Origin: Octopus bimaculoides
Lineage: Eukaryota
Length of the DNA: 64,000 bases
Reading direction: 5' to 3'
NCBI RefSeq assembly: GCF_001194135.2
Contig: NC_068988.1
Span: 46,265,421-46,329,420, forward strand
Positions within the stretch are counted from its first letter, which is position 1, and each line of letters starts with the position of its first letter. The position numbers and the translations under genes were made by a program. The notes beneath the pieces are model-generated. The model was not told the origin of the DNA and did not search any database. It saw only the letters and a program-made list of their open reading frames with translations. Positions 14,345 to 30,045 of the stretch are shown piece by piece.

Positions 14345-15280
14345 TAAGCAACACTGAAAGTCAGCAATGAGCTTGTGGAGGTGGAAGATGTAGTAAAAGA
14401 TTTAAGCTGGTATGAAAAATTGATCATGAGCAGCTGGACTTGCTGTAACTGCTGTGAACAAAGTTGTTGAATGGCAGCAAAACGAAAGTCCTAAAGGGTA
14501 GTGGTTGAAATAAAATGGTGGTAAGTGCTGAAATCTCTGCTCCCATCATGGTGATGAGATGCTGGAATTCAAGATGGTGATGAAAAGAAACTGGATGAGC
14601 ATTCGTCAGATTCGAATTGGCTTGAATGGATGTGATACAGTGTGAAGGTGACTTGTGAAGATCCTGAGAGTGGTGGTGGTGGCCATGACAGAATGTTGAG
14701 TTGAATGTAGATGTGGTGTTAAGGTACAGTAGAGAGATATATCCTCAAGATGCTTCATAAGATTTAAACTCCTTATAATCTCTGACATCGGAGATAAAAA
14801 AGAGTGACCAAAAAATGTGGGATAAAAACTGCTGTGTGGTTGAAAATATTGAAGTTCTCCAACTCTTCAGCTATTAGAAATGGGAGGTGGGGTAGCTAAT
14901 GCAGTTTCATGCCTCTTCTTGAAAAATGCATTTTAAAAAAGAAATTTCTTCAGATTCCTAAGTTTTAAATGTTGGAGATTACAAATATACAAAAGAAAAT
15001 GCTGCAAAATTTATCTTCTGAATAGAATGATAAACTGGAATTTATTTGTTGCTTGCAACAGGAAATCACGTTGGTGAGTCATGAGTTTTAATGAGATTGT
15101 TGAAGTTGGTTTGAGTTCCAATAAATGTGTAGATAAAAGAAGATCGAGAAAACCAGGCAGTATTAAATGTGACTATACATTCGACCCATTAAAGAGCATT
15201 AACACAGCAAAATTGTTGGATACATATTGAATGATACTATCAGAAAATATACATATTGGTTTCTCATGCAGTTGGTACTT
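14345..15280. repeat. Unclassified repeat, copy B
   Basis: aagcaacactgaaa...atgaaaaattgatcatgagcagctggacttgctgtaact shared with 10790-11710. Confidence 0.8.
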
Positions 15281-15289
15281 GGTAAGGAA

Positions 15290-16080
15290 GGTAGACTTGT
15301 AAGACCCCTCTTCCAAAATTCACTTGTCTGTGATGAAAAATATTCTTCCACAACTGTTCTGACCTCATCAACAAAATTCATATATTTTACATCCAAATGA
15401 TTTTGAAGAATGTGGAATAAATGTCTGCTGAATATGGTGAATGGGGCATCTTTTCTCATTCAAACTGCTCCATCCTTTGGAATATCATCCTCGCTATATG
15501 AGGCTGAGCATTATCCTGATGGAAGAACACCTTTCATCTTGAAACCAAAGATAGTTGTTTTCCTTCTAGCATTGACTTAAGCTGCTCAAGTTTCTTGCAG
15601 TAGATCTCCTTCACTATCATTTGGTTTTGGTTTAAAATTTCAAAGTGGGCTAAACCTTTCATATCTCACTAAACAGATAACACCTTACATGGGTGAAGAC
15701 CTTCTTTATCTTGGAGTACCAGTGTTTCTCCTTTCCCTACTCACTGTCTTTGGTGTTTGACACTTTTATAGAAAACCCATTTCTTGTCACCAGTTACTAT
15801 TTGGTCAAAAATAGGTTCATTCATGAGATGTGACAGCTAAGAAGAGCACACATTCACTCTCTGCACACAATTAAACTCGGAAAGTTTGTGAGGAACCTAT
15901 TGACCCAATTTGCTGACTTTTGCAATGGCATGCAGGTGTTGATAAATGGTTGAATGACCAAATCCAAGTTTCTCTGCTAGTTCCTCAACATTCTTGATCT
16001 ACCCTCAGGTCTCATACCAGTTAGTTTGGCTTACAGAATCTATCTTGTGATTCTTTCCTACAACATTTTAATTGCATGTC
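15290..16080 (-). mobile_element. Mariner (DD34D) transposase remnant
   Basis: Minus strand gives a (W)VPHKLS motif (plus-strand ggaaagtttgtgaggaacc) and the C-terminal HLFHILQNHLD...DEVRTVVEEYFSSQTSEFWKRGLTSLP. Confidence 0.75.
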
Positions 16081-16919
16081 CATAGTATTGTTGGTAAGTT
16101 CCATTCCAATCAACCTTGTTGATTGTAATGATCATTTACTTTTTCTACATCTTTCTTGTATTTGTCCTTGCTCTAATATCTACAACTTAAGACTACTGAA
16201 TTCCATGGAATCATAACTCAAAATATCTTTATTTGTTTCTATCATTTTTATGGTATGTGACATTGAGCTCATAAATAAAGCAAGTGTTTCAAAGCTTATT
16301 TTCGGGTTGTCTGCAAAGTTCTAGAGATGAGAGGATTAGACAATGGGAAGAAGTAATGGTTTGACCTCGAGTGACACCCTGATCTCTGAGCTACTCTCCA
16401 TGTTAAGCAACATTACTTCAGAAACCTTTTGGAGGAACCCCATTTTGGCTGCTTATGCTTATTGAAATTATTACCTTTAATCAGTTCAATTTATGATAAC
16501 TGATTAACACTTGGACATTTCTGCATTATTATTATTTTGAGGAGAAGTATCAGGGCTCACTGGCATTTTAAACATTTTTACCACGCAAAACAGAGATAAC
16601 TCTGCAGTTTTATGCATAAAATGTTTGCTTTGAATTGTTGAGGATTTATGGTTGCAGAAAAAAATGCAGATAGGGAAGGAAATTAAAGAATGGCAGTAAG
16701 ATTGTTCAAAATATCCAGCAAAGGGTCTGGCAGGAAATGAGAAGCAGTAGAAATGAAGTAAAGAAGATAGGTGGGTACATGAAGTGGGTATCAGAAGGGT
16801 AGGAGTACTATATCTCACCTATCTACCCAACATAAAAATATTCTCTACATATCCTCAGAATACATAAAGAATTTAGTATGGTAAGTTGTTTGGGGTTTTT
16901 ATCTTATTTATCTATATTT

Positions 16920-16934
16920 TATTACTTGTTTATT

Positions 16935-16996
<62 letters not shown>

Positions 16997-17050
16997 TATT
17001 ATTATTGTTGTTATCATTTTTATTATTATTATTATCATTATTATTATTAT
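16920..17050. repeat. (ATT/ATC)n trinucleotide microsatellite
   Basis: Direct reading. Confidence 0.95.
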
Positions 17051-17249
17051 TTGCAGAGAAATAATGTATACAATATTATTCTTCCATGAATATTGCTACA
17101 ATCCGAAGCCTTTCAATATAATGTATAGGTAACATTATATTAAGAAATCATAGACACAGCTTTTGGCAATATATACACTCTGGCTGACACACCTTCAAAT
17201 GATTTATAGAAATTCTATCTCAGTGCTTTGAGATCATTTGCAATTTTCT

Positions 17250-18500
17250 TGTTAGCGATTCTGTGCATTTCTATATTGAGTCATGCTGTATCCCTGGTTG
17301 AATCTGTTCGGAGAAAAATTGTCCATTCAATCATAGTGTGATGTATTGCAAGAGGCATTTGTCTTGTCACTAATATATAATGGTTATGAAGTATCTATCT
17401 TATGCACTCTTCTTTCTCTCCTTCCCTGTCTCTTACAACAGATATATTCTATTAAGTATGTGTTTTTATGGGAAATTATTAGTTTTTCTGTGAGCTGTCC
17501 TGAAGCTAAAGTCAACTTGGCGAGACTGACTACCATGTTTTGGGGAATTCTTCTATTGGTGTGAGTAGTTTATTTTATGGGAATGACAGCAGTGTGTATG
17601 ATTTAATTGGTGAAGTAAGATGACTTAGGAGACTTAGGGTGCCAAGTTCAGGCCCTATGTAACATACTGACATGACGTTTCATGTCATTTGATAATGACA
17701 ACGTATTAAATCCTTATTGATGATGTTATGTTCTTGAATAGACACACTGACTATATGAATAATGTATTATATTCTCAACTCATGAGCTCTATGTTCATAT
17801 TCTCCTTTTAGCATTCATTCGTTTCAAGTGATTTAATCAAAATCGCTGTTTAGATAGTAAAATGCCTGAGGTAGGAGTGAGTCTGGTGCTTGAGGAGAAT
17901 TAATAATTGAAGGTAATCAGAATAAAATCTTCCAACAAAATCTTCAATCTTGACTCAGAGAAGAGTTTGGACATTAATTGTAGTAGATAAAAGTAGATGA
18001 AAATCATGTCCCAACATTTCTTTTTCATGCATTTGAGAAGATAACATTTTATGCAACATATGTCCTTGAATCAAAGCTCTATTGAATCACCGATGATGAG
18101 AGCAATAAAAATGCTTTGTGCACTTGGTTTGTAAAAGCATACATTCATCCTACCAACATGATTCCAAATGTAACTTCTGGACAGTTGTATTCTGTTATTA
18201 ACTGTTAGATGCAAAATATTCTTATTCAGTTTATAACTCTTAACATCGAGTATAGAGAGAATGTGTACAGGTGTGAAAGTACTCATCTTGGTATACATAC
18301 ATCTTTTGTGCCATAGTGGCACTGAATTCTGAAGGGATGTAGCTCGTTTGCCTTTATTTATACAAAATTTCTTTTCCTACAACAGCATGAATTTTTAGAC
18401 AGCCACTACTCCGTCAGTTACCTTAATTCTTAGTTATCATTTGGATTGAATTCAATGAGCTCAGTATGTTACATAAAGTGCTCATCAAGAATTCTTTAGA
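17250..18500 (-). mobile_element. Highly decayed PLE-like RT remnant
   Basis: ORF 18071-18322 contains ILDVKS, similar to the xxDVKSLFT RT motif; otherwise degenerate. Confidence 0.3.
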
Positions 18501-19359
18501 TATACACCTTACATATAGTGTCTTCTACTCCATTAATAGCTAGTTTGTAAATTTGTGTTGCACAAACATTTTTGGGATGCCTTGTTATGGATGATGAAGG
18601 TATGTGCTACTCATTTCATTTCCTATTTTATAGTTGCACAGAGAATCTTGAGTTTCTTGCTAATAAGTATTTTTATAACTTTCCAAAGTGCAGCTTAAGA
18701 TTTAATAGACTATTCTTTCCTTGAAAACACCACCACTTCATACTTTGATAACTCAAATATCACATTCTAATTATTTACAAAAGATGTCATGCTGATGAAG
18801 TTTCTGTTTAAAGTGATAGCTGAATGGAAACTACTCACTCACCTTATTGGTACAGGAAGTGTAGTGCCATCAGTATATCTTTAAAACAATAATACAAATG
18901 ATATATGAGCATATACATGTATACATACATATATGTACATACCTACATCTACATGTATATATTGATGCCTATCCGGGTACAGGACGTCAAAAAAGAACGG
19001 GAACATAAACAAAGCACAAAAAACAGACTTTTTTTTACAGACAACAGAATAAACACATAGGAAAACAAACAAGCCACTTATGGAACTTTTCCTTCATCAG
19101 CTACCTCTATTCTAAACTAGGCATTTCGCACATTTTCATAGAAATTGAATGGTATTTTTCTTTTAGATATAAATCCAGAATTTTTGTTGAGAAAATCCAT
19201 TCTATTTGGCTTGAGATAAAGTATGAACCTTGTTGACTGGAACAATCATTTACTTGTTTCTAATTCTTTCCTACATGTATTGTTGCTTTAATATTTACAA
19301 CTTAAAACATGTGAATTCCATAGAAACATAGCTCAGAATTATTTTATGTGTCTCAGCCA

Positions 19360-19510
19360 ACTTTACATTATTTACATTATTTACATTGGATGGACATGTG
19401 TCCTCATCTTGTTTGTTGTTACCGCAATGTTTTAACTGATTTACTCTCCAGCCTTCATCTGGTGACCTGGTAGAATTTTGAACCCAACCCTGGGTTCTCA
19501 TTCCTAAGGT
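19360..19510 (-). mobile_element. SINE family H body, degenerate hammerhead
   Basis: tttacattatttacattggatggacatgtgtcctcatcttgtttgttgtt...ccagccttcatctggtgacc...ctgggttctcattcctaagg. Confidence 0.75.
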
Positions 19511-20775
19511 GTATATTTAAATCTAAATAAATATCACTAACATTATTAATAATAATGTAAATAATTAAGTTGCTAGCAAGTTTAGGCGTTTATAGGTAAA
19601 ATATGAATAGAATACAGAAAGTATTGAAATACCACTTGCTATGTACAGAGCTATTGCTCTAAACCACAATTTACCCGTTATAAAAATACACACGGTGGAA
19701 GTGATGACCACAACAGAGACAATCTTACCTTACTTAGTCAACTACTAAGTTAGAAGAATGAATATGTACAGAGAGGGAGAAAGAAGGGAGATAAAAAGAG
19801 AGAGAGAAAGGGAGAAATAAATTTATTGTAGTTAAGCACCTTTAATAATTTTTTTGCTGGCCTTTAAACTATTTCAGTGAAAGAGTATAAATAATCTGAA
19901 CAATTATCTTGTAATTGGAAATATATAAAAGCTCAGAGTTCATTAGTTTGCCTAGACATTTGTATCTTTCATTTCCCCACTGCTGAAGTTCCAGGAATTA
20001 AAAGTACAAATGAAACCATTTTGAATGCGTTCACACATTTAATGTTACTATCTTTAAAAAGCAAATGCCATTAAGTATTCGCTGTTGTACCTCTTGTAAA
20101 AAGTTAAACATTTTGGATCATTTCATAATTATTTAAATTTGATGTCGCTTCATCAAACTGTTTATCCATATTTAAAATTAACTTCTAATTTAGATTTAAA
20201 GCTATGACTTCAACAAATTATTGGTATTTTGGAAAGGAATTGTCTTGAAAATTGAAAATTGATTGCTTTATAAATGCTGAATTTTTGTTAGTAGAATTAC
20301 TTTCCCCGCCAGATATGCTATCTCAGAAATGTAAAACAGTTAGAAGTATTCAATAATTTATTTACACTCATGCTTAATGTTTTCCATTTAAAGTCCATAA
20401 GATTAACTTCAAACAAAAAACATGTATTCATGTATTAATTTAATGGAGCCCAACCAAAACTTATACAGAGGTCGTAAGCAAACACGTACAAGATAATGTC
20501 ATTATAACTTTAAAATATTGGTGAATTTAATCAGCAAAAGAAATTTTGTTCATATGGAAATTTTAATTTAGTTTACTGAGAATATCTAGAGCTGAAGTTA
20601 TATTTTTCTCAAGTTCTTTAACAGTGAGTTTCAATATCTCCATTTAATTTTGTAAGAACAGTGAATAAGTTTCAGAAACGATATTTATATTAAATCTTCA
20701 ATTGAAAGACATTTAAATCATTGCTGATAACAAATAACTGGCATGCTTGAGATATAAGAACTTATTGCTTTCCAG

Positions 20776-20906
20776 GATAGAAATATCCTTTCAATACATG
20801 GTTGAAAAGATTACCATTGGTTAGGTCATAGTTAAGAATGTCTTTAAAATCTATACTCATAGATATTGAAAATGTCAAAGATTTTTGCATCTTGTTACCA
20901 ACAAAG
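20776..20906 (+). CDS. Candidate exon (stops in all full frames; MSLKSILIDIENVKDFCILLPTK if it is a first coding exon)
   Basis: Strong acceptor ttattgctttccag|G and donor AAAG|gtgagt. An overlapping minus-strand candidate (20815-20914) also exists. Confidence 0.25.
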
Positions 20907-21119
20907 GTGAGTAGCTATATAATTTTATGATAAAATATTCCAAGTTCATACTGAAATTTTCAAAGCAAATTTTACTGCATTGTGTAAAATGTGTTCATAA
21001 CAACTGACTGTAACAACACATTCATTTAAAGAAAATATGTTATTAGAGAAACAGTGTTGTTTTCTAAAATTAAAATTTGCATAATCCACACTAAATGAAA
21101 TCATTTTCTTAATTGATTT

Positions 21120-21520
21120 ATCTTTTATCTTTTATCTTTCACCTGTTTGAGTCAATGGACTACGGCCATGCTGGAGCACTGCCTCAAAGAAGTTTTAGTT
21201 GAATAAATCATCTCCAGTACTTAATTTTGTCAATATTTGTACTTATTCTATCGTTTTCTTTTGCCAAACTACTAAGTTGTGGTAACATATACACACCAAC
21301 GCTGGTTGTTAAGTGATAGTGGAGGGCATAGACACAAGCATAAACACACACACACATACACATGATGGGCTTCTTTCAGTTTCCATCTACCAAATCCACT
21401 CACAAGTCTTTGATCAACACAAAGCTATAGTCGAAGACACTTGAGCCAAGTGTCATGCTGTGGGATGAACCAAAGCCATGTAATCAGGAAGCAAGCTTCT
21501 AACCACACAACCACACCTGC
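21120..21520 (-). mobile_element. SINE family A, near full length
   Basis: Reverse complement of the 3065-3487 architecture (head, body, tail). Confidence 0.8.
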
Positions 21521-22297
21521 ATGTAATTTGCAGTATTTTCATGATAGTTTCTATAGACAGCACATTATCAGACTCATTAAAGCATTAAAAAGAGAAAAAT
21601 TGTCTCACGGCATTCATTTTAGTTCTCTTTGGGCTTTCAATTCAAATTCTGCAAAGATCAACTTTTCATTTCACCATTCTGAAGTCAATAAAATTAAGAC
21701 ATTTTAGGCTATACGTGATTGCTGTTGTGGAATAGTACAGAACAGTATATCATGTTTAAGCCCTTCATACCAAGTTGACACTGTGTGCATGTATGTATAT
21801 GTGTATACAGATACTCCGGCCACAACAGAATTTGGATCCTAAAACTGAGGTGCCATGTAAAAAAACCCAGTACACTCAGTGGAGTGGTTCGCATTATGAA
21901 GGGCATTCAACCATAGAAACTAAACCAAAACTGATTATGGAACCAGATGCAGTCCATGACCTTGCCAGTTCCTGTCATGCCATCTAACCCATGAATGGTA
22001 AATGGACGTTTAATGATGATGGTGTTGATGATGATATATCCCATAACATGCTGCATGTTTTGGTAATTTCAAGTTTGGTAGAATCCAACATATTCCAAGT
22101 CTGAAAATTAATTCCAGTACAAGACTGGCAATTCATTTATTGACACAAAATGATGAATGGCAAAGCTGACCTAAGTAGGATTTGAACTCAGCATGCAAAC
22201 AACCAAAGCAATTACTGCTTAGCAATCTACTGATTCTATAACAACTCTAATAATTGGCCTTATATACATACATATAAACTAGCATATACATCACCTG

Positions 22298-23040
22298 TAT
22301 TGTAAATCAGGTAGTTCACGAAGGAGTCATAGACAATGACTGGTGCAGTAGCACCATAGTCAACTGCTACAAAGGTAAAGGTGATGCTTTGCATAGAAAT
22401 AACTACAGGGGTATCAAATTGCTGGATCAGGTGTTGGAGAGGGTATTAGCCCATCTAATTATGGAGAGAATTAGCCAAGATGAGATAGTTTGGTTTTGTG
22501 CCAGTTAGAAGCACCACTGATGCTATATTTCTGGTACAGCAACTGCAGGAGAATTACCTAGCCAATGATAAACCGTTGTACTTGACTTTTGTTGACTTGG
22601 AGAAAGCCTTTAACAGGGTCTCCCAATCCCTTATCTAGTGGTCAATATGGAAACTAGAGATAGATGAGTGGTTGGTATGAGTTGTACAAGCTCTGTACAG
22701 GGATGCCGTCAGTAAGGTGAGAAAAAGTATAATAAAGAATTCTAGGTAGAAGTAGGGGTTCATCAAGGATAAGTCATCAGTCTCCTCTTATTTATCATAG
22801 TCCTCTAGGCAATAACAGAGGAATTCAAGATAGGCTGCCCCTGGGAGCTCCTCTATGCTGATGACCTTGCTCTAATAGCTGAGCCATTACCAGAACTTTC
22901 AGATGTGGAAGCAAGGTCTAGAATTGAAGGGCCTTAGAAACAATCTGGCAAATATCAAAGTTCTAGTAAGTAGGAAGGCTGACGAATCACAAATCCCTTC
23001 ATGTAGATGGCCCTGCTCGATCTGTAGAAAAGTTGGGCCT
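22298..23040 (+). mobile_element. RTE-clade LINE reverse transcriptase remnant
   Basis: Translates (with disruptions) to CYKGKGDAL..NNYRGIKLL; STTDAIFLVQQLQE; FVDLEKAFNRV; WELLYADDLALIAE. Confidence 0.92.
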
Positions 23041-23099
23041 CACAGAGATAATGACAAAAGAATGAGACTTTGGAGATAAGCTGTGATTGAGAAGTAAAG

Positions 23100-23585
23100 T
23101 GAGATCACATCCATGGCCGATACCACTGTTGCATAACCAGCCCATGTAAAAGTACCCTTGAATCGTTGGGTGATACATTGTGCTTGAGAAGACCTGTTGA
23201 GTCAAGTGAAATTGTAGTCTTGGCTGATACCATTGCTGCCTGACTGGCACCCATGCTGGTGGCATGTAATAAGCACCATTGAGGCATAGGTCGATGCCAG
23301 TTCTCCCTGACTAGCTCCCCATGCAAGTGATGCATAAAAAGCACCATTTGAATGTGGATGATACCAGTGTCCTCAGGCTGGCTCCTGTGCCTGTGATACG
23401 TAAAAAGCACCCACTACACTCTCAGAGTGGTTGGCATTAGGAAGAACATCCAGCAGTAGAAGCCTTGCCAGATCAGATTGGAGCCTGGTGTAGCCCACTG
23501 GCTTGCCACTCCTCAGTCAAACCGTCCAAGCCATGCCAACATAGAAAATGGACGTTAAACGATGATGACGATGATGATAATGATG
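23100..23585 (+). mobile_element. Family R element: degenerate ~65-bp tandem units plus RTE-type tail ending ggacgttaaac(GAT)n
   Basis: Repeated g..gat.cca...tgactggc...taaaaagcacc units; tail homologous to 8705-8897. Confidence 0.7.
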
Positions 23586-24007
23586 TGTGTGTGGGTGTCT
23601 CACTCTGAATATATATATGAATGAGAAATATGTTGAGAATGTTGTGGCTCAGGTCCAGCCTAAACAACCCCAGTTGAATATCGGTAAAAGAAAAAAAAAT
23701 TATATGTGTGTGTTTTGTGTGGAAACTGTGGAAGACCTTCATGTGTGCGTTTGTTTCCCACATCTTGACAACCAGTATCAGCTTTTTATGTTCCTGTAAC
23801 TTAGAAGTTCAACAAATGAGACCAATAGAATAAATACCAAATTTCAAAAATGATTGGGAGCTATTTCTTTGACTGAACCCTTCAAGGCAGTGCTCCAGCA
23901 TGGCCACAGTCCAGTGATTGGATTGAAACACATAAAAGGTAAAAGAATGGAGATAAAGTAAGCAAAATGCTAGCTTGGGTGCTTGTAACAGTGTTTAAAA
24001 CACCTAG

Positions 24008-24116
24008 GATCCAAGTGGTGGTGATATGCTGGGCAACAAATTTAGTTTGAACAAAGAAGAACAGGAAGTATACTTCCAACAGAGATTCAACAATTTTTCT
24101 GTGAAGCAAATTTCAC
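24008..24116 (+). CDS. Candidate exon DPSGGDMLGNKFSLNKEEQEVYFQQRFNNFSVKQIS
   Basis: tag|GAT...CAC|gtacat with one open plus frame. Splice sites are only moderate and minus-strand frames are also open. Confidence 0.22.
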
Positions 24117-25099
24117 GTACATAGCTTTGATTGATTTGAAGAGATATTATAACACTCTTGTCTAAAACGCCGTGCAGTGGGATTGATTCAGAAACCCCAT
24201 GATTACAAACCAGACATCTTAACCAAGCAGTCATGCCTATTTTTAGCCATATCTGTTTCTTCCAGTATTATAAAACTGTATTGTATTTGCTAAATCTAAA
24301 ATATTTATTATATTATACTTATATCATGGTACTCTACTATGAATGTTTGCATTGCTTGAAAGTTATTGACAAACTTTGTTGGTGCCAAAGGCTTTTGAGG
24401 CAAATGTATCATTCTTGTGACTAGCAAAGTGGATTTTGTCAATCAAAAGAGTTGTTGATTGTTTCTATTTTTTAGAATACAGCAGAAAATGATGATTTCT
24501 TGAGAATTTTTTTCATTTTTAGTTGAATTTGTTTCATTTTTTTTAGTTTGAATTTTTCTTTCTTCTTTAATACATTTTTTTTTCTATGTTTTAATAGTAA
24601 GCTTTAAAAATTTGCTATAGAATTATAAATAGAAATAGTTTTAAGGTAATTTTGCTGTTGCTTCTTCATAACAAAATCTATTGAAAAGAAATTTTGAACA
24701 ACAGAAGAATGAAATAGGAAGAAGACGTAAAGATGGACATTTTCTTGAAGAATACTTGACTCCATTGTTTTCAAAAATTGCTATTTTTTCTTTTATGGTA
24801 CTGTAAAATAGACTGACAATTTACATTCTTGAGTTTCATTAGTTTTTTTTAACAAGAAATTTTTGTGAAAAATTAATTTTAAATTTCATCCTCACTCCAA
24901 AAAAAAAATGAATAAAAAAAAAAATAATGATGATGATGATGATAACGATGATGATAATAGGAAATCAATTAAATGAAAATTAATAAATCAATACTTATGG
25001 TGATAAGGGTGATGATGATGGGCATAGGAGTAAGTATTTTCAAGTGTAAATTACTAGGAGAGATCATATTCCTAATTCATTATTGCAACTTAAAGCACG

Positions 25100-26830
<1,731 letters not shown>

Positions 26831-27744
26831 TTGCTTAGACAAATTATCTCTTCATTGATTGTTTAGCTCTGAAGACATAATCTACATTTTTCGAAGATAC
26901 AGTCAAGAATCTCCTTCACAACTCTGAATAGGGGAGTGGTTGAGAAGTATCATGGCACTGAAGGTTAGAATGAAGAGTGTGGGAGAAGGAAGGTGAGTGG
27001 GAGTTTGTGAGGAGGAAGGTGAGGGGCTTGGAGGGAGGGGAACATACTCTAAAAGTTTCCTCTGGAGCTAAAACAAACAAACAAAGAAATAAATAAAAAT
27101 CAAATTAAAATACATTTGAAATGAATACACACTACAACATACACATATATACACAACAACATCATCTACTGCCACTGCTACAACAGTGACCACCACCACC
27201 ACCATAATTACACCACTACATCCACCTATTTGAAAATTTTAATGGGAAAAAAAAAATGAAGAATCTATCAGAAATGGGGAATATAAGAATCGTCTGTTAG
27301 TTGATCCATTCTTAGCTTCTCTGTTTCTAATCTACACTACTAATCAGTCAAGTTTCTGAGTTCTTTTGTCTTATTTCTACTTCAACTTTAGCCATGTTCA
27401 TTGTCATGATATTTCCCTATTCCTAGCTATTTATCAGTTTGTCTGTCAGACTGTTTGTCTGTATACATGTATATATATATCTTATTTTTAATCAGCAGCA
27501 CGTACTAAATGATTCAACGAGAGAGTGTCTTTATGCATGACAATTACTGCCCTTGAGTCACTTTGAAACACTACCATTTCAGAATAATATATAGGTGCAG
27601 GAATGGCTGTGTGGCAAATGGTTTGCTTTCCAATCACTTGGTTCCAGGTTCATTCCTCTCACGTGGTATAGTCTCAAGCTGGGCAAAGCCTTGCGAGTGT
27701 ATTTAGTAGACAGAAACTGAAAGAAGCCCATCATATATATATAT

Positions 27745-28330
27745 ATCTATAGGCATGACTAACCTAAAAATTAGTTTTAGTTCAACCACAAATTTAAAAA
27801 ATCTAATTACATACAACACACAAAAACACCAACATGAAGCCGGCTGTTCCTCTAAAGATAAAGACTGGTGCCCACTAAATGGAGCTTGCTTGACTGAGAC
27901 CATCGTTTATGAAGCCACCATAGATTCTATGACTGCTAAGGACACAGTTTTGTCAAAGAAATATGTGGGTCTCACAAAATGAAATTTTAAAGCTAGGTTC
28001 AATAATCACACCTTAAGCTTCAGACACTGGAATAAAAGAAAAACAACCAAATTATCCAGTTATATATGGTCCCTAAAAGAACAAGGTGTCAGCTATAAGA
28101 TTCACTGGAAGATCTTGGCCAAGTGTAAACCTTATACCAACGACAGTGGAAAGTGCAATCTTTGCTATATGGAAAGATGGCTCATCTGGAAAAGTTCTTT
28201 AGACCCCGCTACATGTCTAAATTCAAGAACTGAACCTTTTGGACAAAATACTTGTTACGTTTTGGGGTCCCCAAGATCACAGATAGAACCTGCCTTTTTA
28301 TATTATGTTCATGTACAACCCTTTCATATG
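27745..28330 (+). mobile_element. Penelope-like element GIY-YIG endonuclease region, one in-frame stop
   Basis: CPLNGACLTETIVYEAT...KYVGLTK*NFKARFNNH...LSSYIWSLK...WKILAKCKPY...CNLCYMER, all in one frame. Confidence 0.9.
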
Positions 28331-28534
28331 TCTTAATATTTTTTTATGTATTTTTATTGCTTTATAAATATATAAATATTTTGTATGTTTTTTCCATTTT
28401 TTCTCCTTTTACAATTGTGTGACTATATACGCATGTAGTATTTGTATGTATAGGCATATATTAAATGTGTATATGTGTACATGTGTATATATGTGTACGA
28501 ATGTATGTATATATATGTGTACGAATGTATGTAT

Positions 28535-28910
28535 NNNNNNNNNNNNNNNNNNNNNNNNNNNNNNNNNNNNNNNNNNNNNNNNNNNNNNNNNNNNNNNNNN
28601 NNNNNNNNNNNNNNNNNNNNNNNNNNNNNNNNNNNNNNNNNNNNNNNNNNNNNNNNNNNNNNNNNNNNNNNNNNNNNNNNNNNNNNNNNNNNNNNNNNNN
28701 NNNNNNNNNNNNNNNNNNNNNNNNNNNNNNNNNNNNNNNNNNNNNNNNNNNNNNNNNNNNNNNNNNNNNNNNNNNNNNNNNNNNNNNNNNNNNNNNNNNN
28801 NNNNNNNNNNNNNNNNNNNNNNNNNNNNNNNNNNNNNNNNNNNNNNNNNNNNNNNNNNNNNNNNNNNNNNNNNNNNNNNNNNNNNNNNNNNNNNNNNNNN
28901 NNNNNNNNNN
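28535..28910. other. Assembly gap
   Basis: Run of N. Confidence 0.99.
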
Positions 28911-28931
28911 GCATGGGTATGTATATCTGCA

Positions 28932-28964
<33 letters not shown>

Positions 28965-29569
28965 GCATATTCATACATGCAGCATGTGTGAATATATGCC
29001 TGCCATGAGTGTGCATACATGTATATTGTGTACGTTTTTGTATGAGTATATTTATTTATATTAGTTCTAAGATAAGTGTAAGCATTTTTCTATGTGTTTG
29101 ACAGTATAACATATTAAAAAGAAAGCCTATTTTCTATCATCACCCACATTGTCGTTAACATCATCGGCATTGTTGTCATCATCAGCATTGTCATCATCAT
29201 CATCCTCATCATCATTACCACCAGCACCACCATAATGTACATAATTCCTCATCTCTCAAATATAGAAGTCTCTCCTGTTGATCCCATAAACTTGTTAGTA
29301 TCTGGTATGCAGAGCTTTTAACTAGTAGCACTTGCATCTGTAAGTTGTTTGCAAAAAGAATATCAAAGTTGGTAAGTTATTGGTAAAAATGCTTTGCAGG
29401 ATTTGCTATTACACTTTTATGTTCTCATGTCAGCTTTACCTTTTATCAATTTGTGGTTGATAAATTAGAGTATCGGTCATATATTGGGGTTGATGATATC
29501 AACTAATCTTCTCCCCTTAAAATTGCTGACCTTTTTGCCTAAATTAAAATCCATTATTAGTGGTACTAT

Positions 29570-29760
29570 AAAGGCTGTAAGCTGGCAGAATCGTTAGCAT
29601 ACGGGACAAAATGCTCAGCAACATTTCGTCAGTCTTTACATCCTGAATTCAAATTCCACTGAGGTTGGCTTTGCCTTTCATCCTTTTAGGGTCGATAAAT
29701 TAAGTACCAGTGAAACTCTGGGGTTAATGTAATTTCAAGGCCTTGTGCAAGATTATTAGT
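29570..29760 (+). mobile_element. SINE family N (Nin/Deu-like central domain)
   Basis: gctggcagaatcgttagca...ctttgcctttcatccttttagggtcgataaattaagtaccagt. Confidence 0.75.
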
Positions 29761-30011
29761 AGTACTATAAGTAATATCAGCAGCAGTTGTGACAGTATTA
29801 TAAACTTCATCACAACTGGAAAGTAATTAAAATTAGACTAATGAGCTATAAAGACAGCAAGCAATGAAACTAAATAATTGAAAATATATTTATTTTTTTG
29901 CCTTTTCTCTAACTCAGTTTATCTCAATTCTTTCACATACACTCTTTCTTTCTCTCTCCCACTTTCTCTGGTGCTCTCTTTATTACATGCCTTTTTCTTC
30001 CTTCACCCCCA

Positions 30012-30045
<34 letters not shown>

